Shown here: piece by piece, positions 1-13,952 of the stretch | Layout of the letters: each line of letters opens with the position of its first letter | Numbering within the stretch: the stretch's first letter is position 1 | Assembly: GCA_950097015.1 (NCBI GenBank) | Contig: CATNEN010000001.1 | Coordinates: 25,482,001 to 25,546,000 of the forward strand | Length of the DNA stretch: 64,000 nucleotides | Direction of reading: 5' to 3' | Source of the DNA: Macrostomum hystrix | Taxonomy: Eukaryota > Animalia > Platyhelminthes | Made by a program: the position numbers and the translations under genes | The notes under the pieces: model-generated | What the model saw: the letters and a program-made list of their open reading frames with translations, nothing else | The model's database searches: none | What the model was told of the DNA's origin: nothing

Positions 1-68
1 TGGGGGTCGAGTGGAGGGAATGGGGGTCGAGTGGAGGGAATGGGAATCGAGTTAAAGGAATGGGGATC
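1..68. repeat. End of ~20-bp GGGAATGGGGATCGAGTTGA minisatellite
   Basis: Same unit as 2655-4055; the downstream flank 69-165 matches 4056-4147. Confidence 0.85.
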
Positions 69-169
69 CAATAGAGTGGATAGGAATACAGTATTGAAAG
101 TAGTTGAGAGCATTACTAGCTTGTATGAGCCTATTTCAAATTCGAGTCCAGTTTGTTAAACTTGAGTTG

Positions 170-625
170 AGTCTATTGTCTACAGTTTGATGTCTGTTGT
201 CTAAGGATTGGTGTCTATTGTCTACAGTTTGATGTCTGTTGTCTAAGGATTGGTGTCTATTGTCTACAGTTTGATGTCTGTTGTCTAAGGATTGGTGTCT
301 ATTGTCTACAGTTTGATGTCTGTTGTCTAAGGATTGGTGTCTATTGTCTACAGTTTGATGTCTGTTGTCTAAGGATTGGTGTCTATTGTCTACAGTTTGA
401 TGTCTGTTGTCTAAGGATTGGTGTCTATTGTCTACAGTTTGATGTCTGTTGTCTAAGGATTGGTGTCTATTGTCTACAGATTCCTGTCTATTGTCTACAG
501 ATTCCTGTCTGTTGTCTACAGATTGCTGTCTGTTGTCTAAAGATTGGTGTCTATTGTCTAAGGATTGGTGTCTATTGTCTACAGATTGGTGTCTATTGTC
601 TAAGGATTGGTGTCTATTGTCTACA
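170..625. repeat. 42-bp (2x21) tandem repeat GTCTATTGTCTACAGTTTGATGTCTGTTGTCTAAGGATTGGT
   Basis: Directly visible tandem units decaying into 21-bp monomers. Confidence 0.9.
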
Positions 626-850
626 AAATACAGTTTATTATTTGTTGATGTCTATTATCTATCGGTAGATATTTATTGTCTATTGTGTCTTATCTGTCAT
701 CTAATTAATATATTGGCTGTGTATGTATAATATATATAGATTATCTACTTGTTTTTACAATTAACACCTATTTTACTCTTGTAACTTAGTAGCCGAGTTG
801 CAGACTGTGTTCCAGCTGCTGCTCAAACCTCATCTGTTAGACGCCTGAAC

Positions 851-960
851 TATACCTGATACGTGAGATATACCTGATACGTGAGATATACCTGATAACT
901 GAGATATACCTGATAACTGAGATATACCTGATAACTGAGATATACCTGATACCTGAAATA
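851..960. repeat. 18-bp tandem repeat TATACCTGATAACTGAGA
   Basis: About 6 copies visible. Confidence 0.9.
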
Positions 961-1036
961 CCAGTGAACTGACACGCCATTGCCACGTTTTCCATTCACA
1001 CAAAATACGCCTTGCCTTGCTCTCCCTTTCATTTTT

Positions 1037-1940
1037 GTGGGACTGCAGTGGGGATTGTGATGTGGGATTACAGTTTGGTATTGGGATGTGCGATTACAGT
1101 GTGGTATAGGGATGTGGGATTACAGTGTGGTATTGGAATGTGGGATTACAGTGTGGTATTGGGATGTGGGATTACAGTGAGGTATTGGGATGTGGGATTA
1201 CAGTTTGGTATTGGGATGTGCGATTACAGTGTGGTATTGGGATGTGGGATTGCAGTGTGGTATTGGGATGTGGGATTACAGTGTGGTATTGGGATGTGGG
1301 ATTACAGTGAGGTATTGGGATGTGGGATTACAGTGTGGTATAGGGATGTGGGATTGCAGTGTGGTATTGGGATGTGGGATTACAGTGTGGTATTGGGATG
1401 TGGGATTACAGTGTGGTATTGGGATGTGGGATTACAGTGTGGTATTGGGATGTGGGATTACAGTGTGGTATTGGGATGTGGGATTACAGTGTGGTATTGG
1501 GATGTGGGATTACAGTGAGTTATTGGGATGTGGGATTGTAGTGTGGTATTGGGATGTGGGATTGCAGTGTGGTATTGGGATGTGGGATTGCAGTGAGTTA
1601 TTGGGATGTGGGATTACAGTGAGGTATTGGGATGTGGGATTACAGTGTGGTATTGGGATGTGGGATTGCAGTGTGGTATTGGGATGTGGGATTACAGTGT
1701 GGTATTGGGATGTGGGATTACAGTGTGGGATTGTGATGTGGGATTACAGTGTGGTATTGGGATGTGGGATTACAGTGTGGTATTGGGATGTGGGATTGCA
1801 GTGAGTTATTGGGATGTGGGATTACAGTGTGGTATTGGGATGTGGGATTGCAGTGTGGCATTGGGTTGTGGGATTGGGATACGGGATTGTAGTGTGGCTT
1901 TGGGATATGGGATAGCAGTGTAGGATTGGGATGTGGGATT
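1037..1940. repeat. 26-bp minisatellite GGGATGTGGGATTACAGTGTGGTATT
   Basis: About 34 units; the same family recurs at 45125-45435. Confidence 0.92.
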
Positions 1941-2654
1941 GTCATATTTATGTCATATTTTTTTCCAATACTTCTTTGCAAGCTCATCATACTCTGTTAC
2001 TAGCGACCTGTCCGCAGGCCTTCGACTTTTCTTCATCGCTACAATGAGACCTGAGCACTTGCCATCCAGCACCCACCCCTCCACTCGCTACAATGAGACC
2101 TGAGCACTTGCCATCCAGCACCCACCCCTCCACTCGCTACGCGCCCCTCGCCCTCCACACAATGAGCCGAGTGGATTGTCCCTGCCCCCTCAGAAGACTA
2201 GCTTGCTGCCTTTGCCTCCGTGCTCACTGCACTGAGCGGTTTGGGTGAACCCGACTCAACCCACTCTTTCCGCTTTGAGCTTGGTGTGCTAAATATTGTA
2301 CATCCCAGCACCGCCATTGTTGTGGGCTGCAGAAGTTTGCCAGGCTGAGCAGTTTTGTGACTGGAGCCCCAGCTAATTTGAGCTGTTCTCAGCCCCGAGT
2401 GTCTCGGCTCAAGCAGCTTTTTCACTGACATTTGAATTTATTTTTCTGAATGCTGCTGATTTAATTATCCAGTCCCCTTGGACACCATTAACACAGCCGT
2501 GCTTGCACTACTGTGGCAGCAAGTATTTGAAATCTCTTACAATTGATATCACTGCAGCTATATTCTCTGCAGAAAAACCTGTCTAAGCAGTTGATCTCCT
2601 TTGCACTTTTAACTCTTTCAGGCACTTCTTGAAATTTTATCGATATCGGGCAAT

Positions 2655-4055
2655 GAGAATCGATTTGGGGAATGGGGATCGATTTGGGGGAATGGGGATC
2701 GATTTGTGGGAATGGGGATCGATTTGTGGGAATGGGGATCGAATTGGGGGAATGGGGATCGATTTGGGGGAATGGGGATCGATTTGGGGGAATGGGGATC
2801 GAATTGGGGGAATGGGGATCGATTTGTGGGAATGGGGATCGATTTGGGGGAATGGGGATCGATTTGTGGGAATGGGGATCGAATTGGGGGAATGGGGATC
2901 GATTTGTGGGAATGGGGATCGAATTGGGGGAATGGGGATCGATGGGGGAAAGGGGATCGATTTTAGGAAATGGGGATCGAGTTGGGGAATGGGGATCGAG
3001 TTGGGGAATGGGGATCGAGTTGAAGGGAATGGGGATCGATTTGAGGGAATGGGGATCGAGTTGAGGGAATGGGGATCGAGTTGGGGAATGGGGATCGAGT
3101 TGAGGGAATGGGGGTCGAGTTGGGGGAATGGGGATCGAGTTGGGGAATGGGGATCGATTTGAGGGAATGGGGATCGAGTTGGGGAATGGGGATCGAGTTG
3201 AGGGAATGCGGATCGAGTTGAGGGAATGCGGATCGAGTTGGGGGAATGGGGATCGAGTTGGGGGAATGTGGATCGAGTTGGGGGAATGGGGATCGAGTTG
3301 GGGGAATGGGGATCGAGTTGAGGGAATGGGGATCGAGTTGAGGGAATGGGGATCGAGTTGGGGAATGGGGATCGAGTTGGGGGAATGGGGATCGAGTTGA
3401 GGGAATGGGGATCGAGTTGGGGGAATGGGGATCGAGTTGAGGGAATGGGGATCGAGTTGAGGGAATGGGGATCGAGTTGGGGGAATGTGGATCGAGTTGA
3501 GGGAATGGGGATCGAGTTGGGGGAATGGGGATTGAGTTGAGGGAATGGGGATCCAGTTAAGTGAATGGGGATCGAGTTGGGGGAATGGGGATCGGGTTGA
3601 GGGAATGTGGATCGAGTTGAGGGAATGGGGATCGAGTTGAGGGAATGGGGATCGAGTTGAGGGAATGGGAATCGAGGGGAGGGAATGGGGATCGAGTTGA
3701 GGGAATGGGAATCGAGTTGAGGGAATGGGAATCGAGTTAAAGGAATGGGGATCGAGTGGAGGGAATGGGGATCGAGTGGAGGGAATGGGGATCGAGTTGA
3801 GGGAATGGGGATCGAGTTGAGGGAATGGGAATCGAGGGGAGGGAATGGGGATCGAGTTGAGGGAATGGGAATCGAGTTAAAGGAATGGGGATCGAGTGGA
3901 GGGAATGGGGATCGAGGGGAGGGAATGGGGATCGAGTGGAGGGAATGGGGGTCGAGTGGAGGTAATGGGAATCGAGTTAAAGGAATGGGGATCGAGTGGA
4001 GGGAATGGGGGGTCGAGTGGAGGTAATGGGAATCGAGTTAAAGGAATGGGGATCC
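2655..4055. repeat. 19-20 bp G-rich minisatellite GGGAATGGGGATCGAGTTGA
   Basis: About 70 units, with sequence variants changing gradually along the array. Confidence 0.93.
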
Positions 4056-4953
4056 AATAGAGTGGATTAGGGATACAGTAGTTGAGAGCATTACTAGCTT
4101 GTATGAGCCAATTTCAAATTCGAGTCCAGTTTGTTAAACTTGAGTTGCATTTTCAACCCACCTTGAACTGAAAGTGCGGCAGCCACCGAACCGCAGCTGC
4201 ATGAAATCCGGTTTGAACCGGTTCAGTCGCTGTCTATGGCGCATTTGTTCAGCGCCTTTCTGCAGTTTATAAAAGTTCGCGGAGTTGGGGTGGGTGTTTT
4301 TCGAGTCGCTTTCTCAAGCCTGCCCTCCCGAGTTCTCAAAGTGCTGAGCACTGACGGCCCCCAGCCGCTCATCTCAAAATAAGTTTTGTTGATTTTATCT
4401 TTTGTTTCAATTCAACTGCTGCATTGTGCTTGACTGCTCAATTATCTTCTGCTCAGCTTTAGTCCCTATGTCTGCCCAGAGCTGCTCACTTGAGTTCACT
4501 TTTCTCTCAGCCTAGCCGACTCATTTTATTGAAATTCCATTTGAAGCAGCTCAGATTTTGGCCCTGCTCACCCTGAGCAGTGCTCACTGTTGTCTCCAGT
4601 TTGCACTGCAGGGCAGCTGGCTGAGGGAGGGCCGATGGACTCAGAATAAGGACCTCTAAAAATAGCACCTGCACTCTGTGAGCAGTCGAAAACCCGATGA
4701 GATGCTCAGAATTCTAGTTGAATGGAATCGGCCATGGCAGAGAGAATTTTAGCAGCACAAATGCCTGATTCTGCAGCCTGGGCTCGAACCCACAGCCTGC
4801 GGAGTCCCAGCCGATTCTCCCAACTGCCGTCACTCTGCAGGACATTTATAATTATGATTTATGATTCCAGCTGGCTCACCATGGGAGCGGGCAGAGGACA
4901 TTGCAGCAGGAGGCGCCCACGACTGCAAGAGACAGAAGAGCGAGAGAATGAAG

Positions 4954-5322
4954 GGATTAGCATGTCCTACAAGGATTAGCATGTCCTACAAGGATTAGCA
5001 TGTCCTACAAGGATTAGCATGTCTTAAAGGGATTAGCATGTCCTACAAGGATTAGCATGTCCTACAAGGATTAGCATGTCCTACAAGGATTAGCATGTCT
5101 TAAAGGGATTAGCATGTCCTACAAGGATTAGCATGTCCTACAAGGATTAGCATGTCTTAAAGGGATTAGCATGTCCTACAAGGATTAGCATGTCCTACAA
5201 GGATTAGCATGTCCTACAAGGATTAGCATGTCTTAAAGGGATTAGCATGTCCTACAAGGATTAGCATGTCCTACAAGGATTAGCATGTCCTACCAGGATT
5301 AGCATGCCCAGCATGGATTAGC
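4954..5322. repeat. 19-bp minisatellite GGATTAGCATGTCCTACAA
   Basis: Tandem units; the family recurs at 6828-7730, 42600-43090 and 46708-46995. Confidence 0.92.
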
Positions 5323-5936
5323 GACTTTGCCTGTAGTTTTAAGTTAAGACCATTCTCCGCATTAATTTTCATAATTTTATATTTTGAGTCCGAGGTTTCG
5401 TCAAACTGAGTTGAGTGAGTGCGAATTAATTTTCATTAGCCTTGAGCAGACATTATGCCCGCAAGATATTATGTCGACAATGCGACAATAAATCCAGTTC
5501 GAACCGGTTGAGCAGCCCTGCACCGTAAGTCCTGAGCAGTGCTAGGCTTGGGGATGCTATTTTATTTTTTATAACCGACCGCTTGTTTTACTGCACTGAA
5601 AACGGCCCGTCGACCTCCCCCGCTCCGAGAGCGCAGGCGAAAGAAGCTGAGAGACGGGCGGGGCAGAGACGGAGACTCGCTGCGAAAAACTCGAGAAACT
5701 GGAGGCTGCGGACTGGCGCCACCTGCTTTGCCCTTTTCCATTGTGAGCAGCAGACTGGGCGGCTGCTTTCAAACTCAAATTTATTTTCAGTGTCACAATG
5801 AGCACAAATTGCCCAGCCAGGAATAAGCAAAGATATGAAGTGACTCAAATCAGTTCTCACTTTTAGCAAACCGATTGGGCAGAAAATGGCTGGATTTTAC
5901 TCTGTGCTCACCTTGAGCTGTGGCTTAGTGAGGAGC

Positions 5937-6503
5937 CCCTGACACCCGCCCTACCTGACACCCTCTGCCTTCCCTGACACCCTCTGCCTTCCCTGACACC
6001 CTCTGCCTTCCCTGACACCCTCTGCCTTCCCTGACACCCTCTGCCTTCCCTGACACCCTCTGCCATCTCTGACACCCTCTCCCTTCCCTGATCCCCTCTG
6101 CCTTCCCTGACACACTCTGCCATATCTGACACCCTCTGCCTTCCCAGACACCCTCTGCCTTCCCAGACACCCTCTGCCATATCTGACACCCTCTGCCTTC
6201 CCAGACACCCTCTCCCATCTCTGACACCCTCTGCCATATCTGACACCCTCTGCCTTCCCAGACACCCTCTGCCTTCCCTGATACCCTCTGCCTTCCCTGA
6301 CACCCTCTGCCTTCCCTGACACCCTCTGCCTTCCCTGACACCCTCTGCCTTCCCTGACACCCTCTGCCTTCCCAGACACCCTCTGCCTTCCCAGACACAC
6401 TCTGCCTTCCCAGACACCCTCTGCCATATCTGACACCCTCTGCCTTCCCAGACACCCTCTCCCATCCCTGACACCCTCTGCCATATCTGACACCCTCTGC
6501 CTT
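5937..6503. repeat. 19-bp minisatellite CTGACACCCTCTGCCTTCC
   Basis: About 29 units; a shorter copy lies at 43695-43975. Confidence 0.92.
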
Positions 6504-6506
6504 TGA

Positions 6507-6827
6507 CAGTTGATGATGATCACCCAGTTGACAATGATCCCCCAGTTGACAATGATCCCCCAGTTAACAAAGATCCCCCAGTTGACAATGATCCCCCAGT
6601 TAACAAAGATCCCCCAGTTAACAATGATCCCCCAGTTAACAATGTTCCTCCAGTTGACAATGTTCCCCCAGTTGACAATGATCCCCCAGTTGATGATGAT
6701 CACCCAGTTGACAATCCCCAGTTGACAATGATCCCCCAGTTGACAATGATCCCCCAGTTAACAAAGATCCCCCAGTTCACAATGATCCCCCAGTTGATGA
6801 AGTCTCCCCATTGATGATGATCCCTAG
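6507..6827. repeat. 18-bp minisatellite CCCCCAGTTGACAATGAT
   Basis: About 17 units between two other satellites. Confidence 0.9.
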
Positions 6828-7732
6828 TCCTACAAGGATTAGCATGTCCTACCAGGATTAGCATGTCCTACCAGGATTAGCATGTCCTACAAGGATTAGC
6901 ATGTCCTACAAGGATTAGCATGTCCTACCAGGATTAGCATGTCCTACAAGGATTAGCATGTCCTACAAGGATTAGCATGTCCTACCAGGATTAGCATGTC
7001 CTACAAGGATTAGCATGTCCTACAAGGATTAGCATGTCCTACAAGGATTAGCATGTCCTACCAGGATTAGCATATCCTACCAGGATTAGCATGTCCTACA
7101 AGGATTAGCATGTCCTACAAGGATTAGCAAGTCCTACAAGGATTAGCATGTCCTACAAGGATTAGCATGTCCTACAAGGATTAGCATATCCTACAAGGAT
7201 TAGCATGTCCTACCAGGATTAGCATGTCCTACCAGGATTAGCATATCCTACAAGGATTAGCATGTCCTACAAGGATTAGCATGTCATACAAGGATTAGCA
7301 TGTCCTACAAGGATTAGCATATCCTACAAGGATTAGCATGTCCTACCAGGATTAGCATGTCCTACAAGGATTAGCATGTCCTACCAGGATTAGCATGTCC
7401 TACAAGGATTAGCATGTCCTACAAGGATTAGCATGTCCTACCAGGATTAGCATATCCTACCAGGATTAGCATGTCCTACCAGGATTAGCATGTCCTACAA
7501 GGATTAGCATGTCCTACAAGGATTAGCATATCCTACAAGGATTAGCATGTCCTACCAGGATTAGCATGTCCTACAAGGATTAGCATGTCCTACCAGGATT
7601 AGCATGTCCTACAAGGATTAGCATGTCCTACCATGATTAGCATGTCCCACAAGGATTAGCATGTCCTACAAGGATTAGCATGTCCTACCAGGATTAGCAT
7701 ATCCTACAAGGATTGGCATGTCCTACAAGGAT
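6828..7732. repeat. 19-bp minisatellite GGATTAGCATGTCCTACAA
   Basis: About 47 units. Confidence 0.93.
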
Positions 7733-10489
7733 CGCATAAGATTTCTGCGAATTCGAAAGCAAATGGTGCTGGTCAAAAGGGATGTCGAATGTTAATATAA
7801 AAAATACATTTTTCCTTGAGCTGAATGTGAGGCCGGATGAGCACGGGAAGTTACGAATGGAGAAGTGGGGATCGAGTTGAGTGAACCGAGTTAAGGTAAT
7901 GGGTTTGAAAAAAAGGTATAAATTTGTCATTTTGAGTCAGAGGTTTTTCATGCCAATTTTTATGTGATAACCTTGAGCTGAAATTGTGTTCGCAAGCGAG
8001 ACTGAGACAATGAATCCAGTTCGAACCAGTTTAGCTGTTTTGCACCTTAAGTTTTGAGCGGCGATAGGCTTGGGGATGCAATTTGATTACTTTTTTAACC
8101 GACCGCTTTTTACTGCATCTCAATTAAATAGCCATTCGACGTTCCCTGGCTCCGAGAGCGCAGATGAAAGAAGCTGAGAGATGGGCCGAGCAGAGGGCGA
8201 TTCCACAATTCCATAAACACTAGAAACTTGCGGCTGCGGAGTGGCGCCACGTGCATTGCCCTATTGTACGTGAGCTGAGAAACTTGTCCACTGACGAAAA
8301 TAGACAAACAATAATAGGCAAAGATATGAAGAGATGCAAATAAATAATTTACGTTCAGCGAAGTGATAGAAACGAAATCTACTGCCAGTAGCTGTGGCCT
8401 AGCACAAAGCTCTGAAACGGACACACTTTTTTGCTTTCGCAAAAGCAACGCAAACATTTTTGCTACAGAACAGGATGGGAAGCCTCCTGGCTTGCATCGC
8501 CCCTGAGCCTGAATATAGAACCTGGAAGGACACTTCCCACGAAACCCGGGGTTGTAATGTAAATGAACTCGTAAAATGTAAATTAACTCGTAAAACACAC
8601 AAGTAATAACAAAAAGTATTTGTCCTATAGTAAATTAGAATTCATTAAAGATATGGGGGAGTGTTTTGGCTTAATCAAAACTAATTATTTTATATTTTAT
8701 ATGGCGCTATATAATAGACATACCATTCAGACTGAACGGACAATATTTAAGCAGTTTTTTTCCGAGAAGAGAGATCTGAAACTAATGCCTACTATGTACT
8801 TAAACCGATTATGGTCTGTGGATGTTTCGTCTTTCAGCTCATTTTTTGGTGAATCTGACTGTTAAACTGAACCTTCCATGCACAGTATAATCTAGTGATA
8901 TAATTTATGTTTTAATGTAAAAAACAACAGTAATATCTACTGTACTACATAATTACTTAATATAGTTGTTGTAATCTCCAGCTGGTATTTCTAATAAATC
9001 TCTCTCATAATTGCTAAGTTGTCACAATAATTCATTATGCAAAGACAATTTAGAAAGAATAACCCTACACAGAATTTTATTTGCTGTAATTGTCACATGG
9101 GACTCCCCGGTCGCCAGCAATAGGGCCAGCAATAGACTTTTGAAAACTAGGTGTGCCACTGCTGGAAATGAATGAATTTTATTTATTTTGACCCACAGAT
9201 TCTGTGCCACGAAGAATTGAGGCCTCCAAGACAGGTCGCTTGGATCCAGAGCGGCGAAATTTGTTTTTTTTATTGCTGGAGCTATTGCTGGTCTCCCACT
9301 CCGTGACGCAATGAGGAAAATGTGTGCCGTTTTTATTTTTAAGAGAAGCATAACAGGTTCTTCTTGTGTCACACTACCCAGGGTTTGTGCCGCTCTGTCT
9401 AAGCATGTAGGAAGTAATAAAGTACTTTTACGGCTTTACGCCAGTCATTTTATTGCTGGACTTACCACGCTGCACAGAGCGGCTAAAATGGCACACAATA
9501 CATATTTTTCGCTTTATTAGCGCAAGAAGTAACTGTGCCACAATATTTAAGAGTACTTGCTATTAGTCTAGGCAAATTGCTAAAAACTATGTAACGTCCC
9601 TATAATCTATAGATGTCTTCAAGGATCGTTTGTCGTGAAATATTCAAACTGCAGCTAAAGTTTTCAACGAACTTGTCGTACCCCACGTGGTGTGAAACCC
9701 TCAACACTTAGGATTCGAAGTGAAGCTCTATTAGAATATTACTTTCAACAATAGTATATACCCTTTTGTGGTTTAATTTATGTGCAAAGACTGTCAAGAG
9801 TATAGTGTTATGCAGTGTATAGCTAGACCTAGTTATACATAGACCTACACTTGTGGGGGGAGAGAAGAGTTCTAACCCTATATGGCTATGGAAATGAAAT
9901 AGAGGAAAAAACTTTCTTAAAGTTTCTCATCTGATTTTTTGCTTTTGAACAAAAGATAGCTATGCCTATGCTTAGCTATATAGCTAGCTAAAGCAGGATT
10001 AAGATGGCTATGAAAAAATCCTAGAAAAAAGAATGTTGTACTTAGACTTAGAATACTATAGAGCTAGTTATGACAATTTTAATATAATTGTATTCCTCAA
10101 ACATATTTCATTGAGTATATATATAGAAAGCCAACTTGATATGATATTATATAATTATTAAGCATATTTATTATTTAACATTATTGTATACTCACATAGG
10201 GAAAAAGGAAATTGTCTATTTGTTTGTTAACTTCTCTAAAAAATGTATAGACTGACATGCTAAAAAAGACAAAATATCTATCATTCATTATTTGTTTACT
10301 CTATTTAGATTCCACAATTTGGTTTATATAATTTATTCAATTTACTTATATTTGGGTTCAATAAATGATTAGCTACTTCTAAATTCTATATTCTAGCTTA
10401 TATTGTCACATCAAAATTTTGTCTTTCAAGTTCATAGAAATGTATTGCTATATTTGCTATTGTTTTTGATAAACCATGATTATCTTGTC

Positions 10490-12180
10490 TAGCCATGTCA
10501 GCTATGCCTAGCAATATATAATAATGTCTAGGCCTAGCCATGCCCAGCAAAGCCAAGCCATGCCAAACTATGCCTAGCCATGCCCAGCAATGCCTAGCAA
10601 TGCCCTACAATGTATAACCATGTCTAGCCATGCCCAACCATGCCCAACTATTCCCAGCCATGCCCAACCATGCCCAACTATTCCCAGCCATGCCCAACCA
10701 TGCCCAACTATTCCCAGCCATGCCCAACCATGCCCAACTATTCACAGCCATGCCCAACCATGCCCAACTATTCCCAGCCATGCCCAACCATGCCCAACTA
10801 TTCCCAGCCATGCCCAACCATGCCCAACTATTCACAGCCATGCCCAACCATGCCCAACTATTCCCAGCCATGCCCAACCATGCCCAACTATTCCCAGCCA
10901 TGCCCAACCATGCCCAACTATTCACAGCCATGCCCAACCATGCCCAACTATTCACAGCCATGCCCAACCATGCCCAACTATTCCCAGCCATGCCCAACCA
11001 TGCCCAGCCATGCCCAGGCTTGCCAAACCAAGCCCAGGCTTGCCAAACCATGCCCAGGCTTGCCAGACTATGCCCAGCAATGTCTAACCATACGTAGCTT
11101 TACATGCCATGCCCAGCAATGTCTAACCATGCCTAGCTATACCTGCCATGCCCAACCATGCCTAGCCATGCCCAGGCTTGCCAAACCATTCCCAGCAATG
11201 TCTAACCATACCTAGCTATACCTGCCATGCCCAACCATGCCCAACTATTCCCAGCCATGCCCAACCATGCCCAGCCATGCCCAGGCTTGCCAAACCATGC
11301 CTAGCTATACCTGCCATGCCCAACCATGCCCAGCCATGCCCAGGCTTGCCAAACCATGCCCAGCCATGCCCAACTATTCCCAGCCATGCCCAACCATGCC
11401 CAACTATTCACAGCCATGCCCAACCATGCCCAACTATTCACAGCCATGCCCAACTATTCCCAGCCATGCCCAACCATGCCCAACTATTCCCAGCCTTGCC
11501 CAACCATGCCCAGCCATGCCCCGGCTTGCCAAACCACGCCCAGGCTTGCCAAACTATGCCCAGCAATGTCTAACCATACGTAGCTTTACATGCCATGCCC
11601 AGCAATGTCTAACCATGCCTAGCTATACCTGCCATGCCCAACCATGCCTAGCCATGCCCAGGCTTGCCAAACCATTCCCAGCAATGTCTAACCATACCTA
11701 GCTATACCTGCCATGCCCAACCATGCCCAACTATTCCCAGCCATGCCCAACCATGCCCAGCCATGCCCAGGCTTGCCAAACCATGCCTAGCTATACCTGC
11801 CATGCCCCAACCATGCCCAGCCATGCCCAGGCTTGCCAAACCATGCCCAGCGATGCCCAGGCTTGCCAAACTATGCCCAGCAATGTCTAACCATACGTAG
11901 CTTTACCTGCCATGCCCAGCAATGTCTAACCATGCCTAGCTATACCTGCCATGCCCAATCATGCCCAACTATTCCCAGCCATGCCCAACCATGCCCAACT
12001 ATTCCCAGCCATGCCCAACCATGCCCAACTATTCCCAGCCATGCCCAACCATGCCTAACTATTCACAGCCATTCCCAACCATGCCCAACTATTCCCAGCC
12101 ATGCCCAACCATGCCCAGCCATGCCCAGCATGCCCAACCATGCCTAGCCATGCCCAACCATGCCCAGCATGCCCAACCAT
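10490..12180 (+). repeat. 10-bp-unit array (CATGCCCAAC; 30-bp higher-order unit) in left arm of foldback element
   Basis: CATGCCCAAC-CATGCCCAAC-TATTCCCAGC repeated. Confidence 0.92.
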
Positions 12181-12186
12181 TCATAG

Positions 12187-12911
12187 TGTTGTGCCGTGGT
12201 GCACTTGTACTGCTTAGCCATCTCCAGGCTTGCAGTCAGTGCGCCCGCCACTGCACTTTCCCCCCGCCCCCTGTGTGCGAGTGTACCCACCCCACTGTCT
12301 GTCTGCCCCAGTTCTGACTGGATGTTTAAAGCCCTCCGTGGCTAGGCGTGTTCTAGTTATGCGTAACTCCCCCCTAAGCTGCCCGCGCACCCCCGGCTGC
12401 GTATGATTGGCTGCGCCAAACCCCCTCGCAGACCAGGCAGTGAGTCTGCAGCCTATCGCGGCCCCAGGGTTGGGGCGGGCGCGTAAGCCTGATTGGCCGA
12501 TTTTTGGGCCCAAGGGTCGTAGTACCCTAGGGCTTACCCAGCCGGCGCAAATATATATTACCGTGCGCGCCGGCGAGAGAGGGAGACCCGCTGATTTTCT
12601 CGGACATTTACTGGATTGAAAAATCAATAAGAGATTGCTCTGGCCAGACTGCTCAAGGTGCGAACCCGACCTCTCTCGCCTGCCGCCGGCTCTTGACACG
12701 TTCTACTCAGTGAGTTCGTCTTAGTTATTGGGGGACACGGATTACAGTACGTGCTTAACGGCGGTGGAACTAGGGACGGACTGGCTAGGATCGCGAAGCG
12801 ATCTCACGCACCGCTCCGAACTCAGTCCGGTCGGGGCGGCCGAAGCGACCCTGCGCTCGCCGTCCTGCAGCCCTGTAGGCGTAGCCGGGAGGCCCTTGTA
12901 GAAACACAACA
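12187..12911. mobile_element. Solo LTR (725 bp) with 4-bp TSD
   Basis: Starts TGTTGTG and ends CACAACA, flanked by ATAG (12183-12186, 12912-12915). It interrupts the degenerate 10-bp array, which resumes at 12916. Confidence 0.75.
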
Positions 12912-13734
12912 ATAGCATACCCAATCATGCCAATGTCTATCTTGCCTAGCCATGGCAGCCATGCTCAATAATGTCCGGCCATGCAAGCGAGATTGTGTCT
13001 GACACGTCACGAAAGTCGTGAAGTCATAAAAGTCATAGAATTCTTGTCTTTGATGTCCTTGTTATTTTTCTTATTTCAGCATTCAGTCCCAGATGCTACG
13101 CATCATGTGAATCTTGGTGCAAAGCATGTCTTGTTCTTTCGATGGTGGTGATGGTTTGGCAAGTGCAACTAGTAAGTGTGCGCTATCTGTGAGACATTCA
13201 TTTTGTAAGTTGCTCTTCGCAATTCTTCCTTCCGTCTCGTTTTTTAGATGGTCATTTAGTTACAGTTGAGAAACTTGTTGAAGTTTTTCGTCAAGGACGC
13301 GTTACAGTCGACGACTACTTTGGCACTGATAGGCCAAGCCATCGGCGCGAATCTGATTTGCGGCTGCAATTGCTTTGTCAGCTTCTGAATCTACCCAACA
13401 CACCGGGTAGTAAGAAATACTTCATACACTTTTCCCGACGATTGCAATTGTTTCTGGGTAAGCGATTTAAGTGTACGGAAAGTGAGCCTGTCATCCGCAT
13501 TTCATGACATTAAGTTCAATTGCTGCGCACTTTTTTATCGGTAGTTTTCACAGCTGTCTCTATTGGCTCTGCTAATCGCACGAGTTCGCACGATTCTGCT
13601 TCGAATTTTGATACCAGCGCTGCATTCGCTGGGAGCTGCTATCCTTAGGAAGTTTTGGACGTGATAATTAACAGTAGACGGTAGTAATTGTCGGTACCAG
13701 CCAAGAAATGGCCGGAAAACAGAGACATCAGAAA

Positions 13735-13952
13735 TATATCTTTTTGCACTTCAATTCGTCACATCTGCAATTGATTTCGGCAAGGGCTGTCACTAGCACA
13801 TAAAAATTCGCTTTCAATTCTGAATGATGCCGAATACAATTGCAGATGCTTGCGGGTGCGATATATGGACTTTTGTCTATGGGAAAATGTCACTCTTTCG
13901 TGTCTGCCGAAATCAATTGCAGATGTGACGAACTAAAACGCAAAAAGGTATA
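13735..13952. mobile_element. MITE-like hairpin element (~220 bp)
   Basis: Perfect 28-bp inverted repeat at 13755-13782 / 13905-13932, extendable imperfectly to TA-containing ends. Confidence 0.55.

Noticed and set aside
4722-4979. Duplicated ORF MESAMAERIL (also 46343-46717)
   Set aside because: No recognisable domain, and conservation is explained by recent duplication. Minus-strand splice-like signals exist but I could not build a coherent gene model.
4954-7732. CRISPR-like appearance of short regular repeats
   Set aside because: Head-to-tail units with no unique spacers, no cas genes, and a eukaryotic context.
9022-9520. ORFs in the foldback arm as a possible transposase
   Set aside because: Short, non-ATG or motif-less, with no DDE signature; duplicated only because they lie in the TIR.
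10590-12317. Many overlapping PCPTMP-type ORFs (also 16173-17038)
   Set aside because: Translations of the 10-bp array in the foldback arms, open in several frames.
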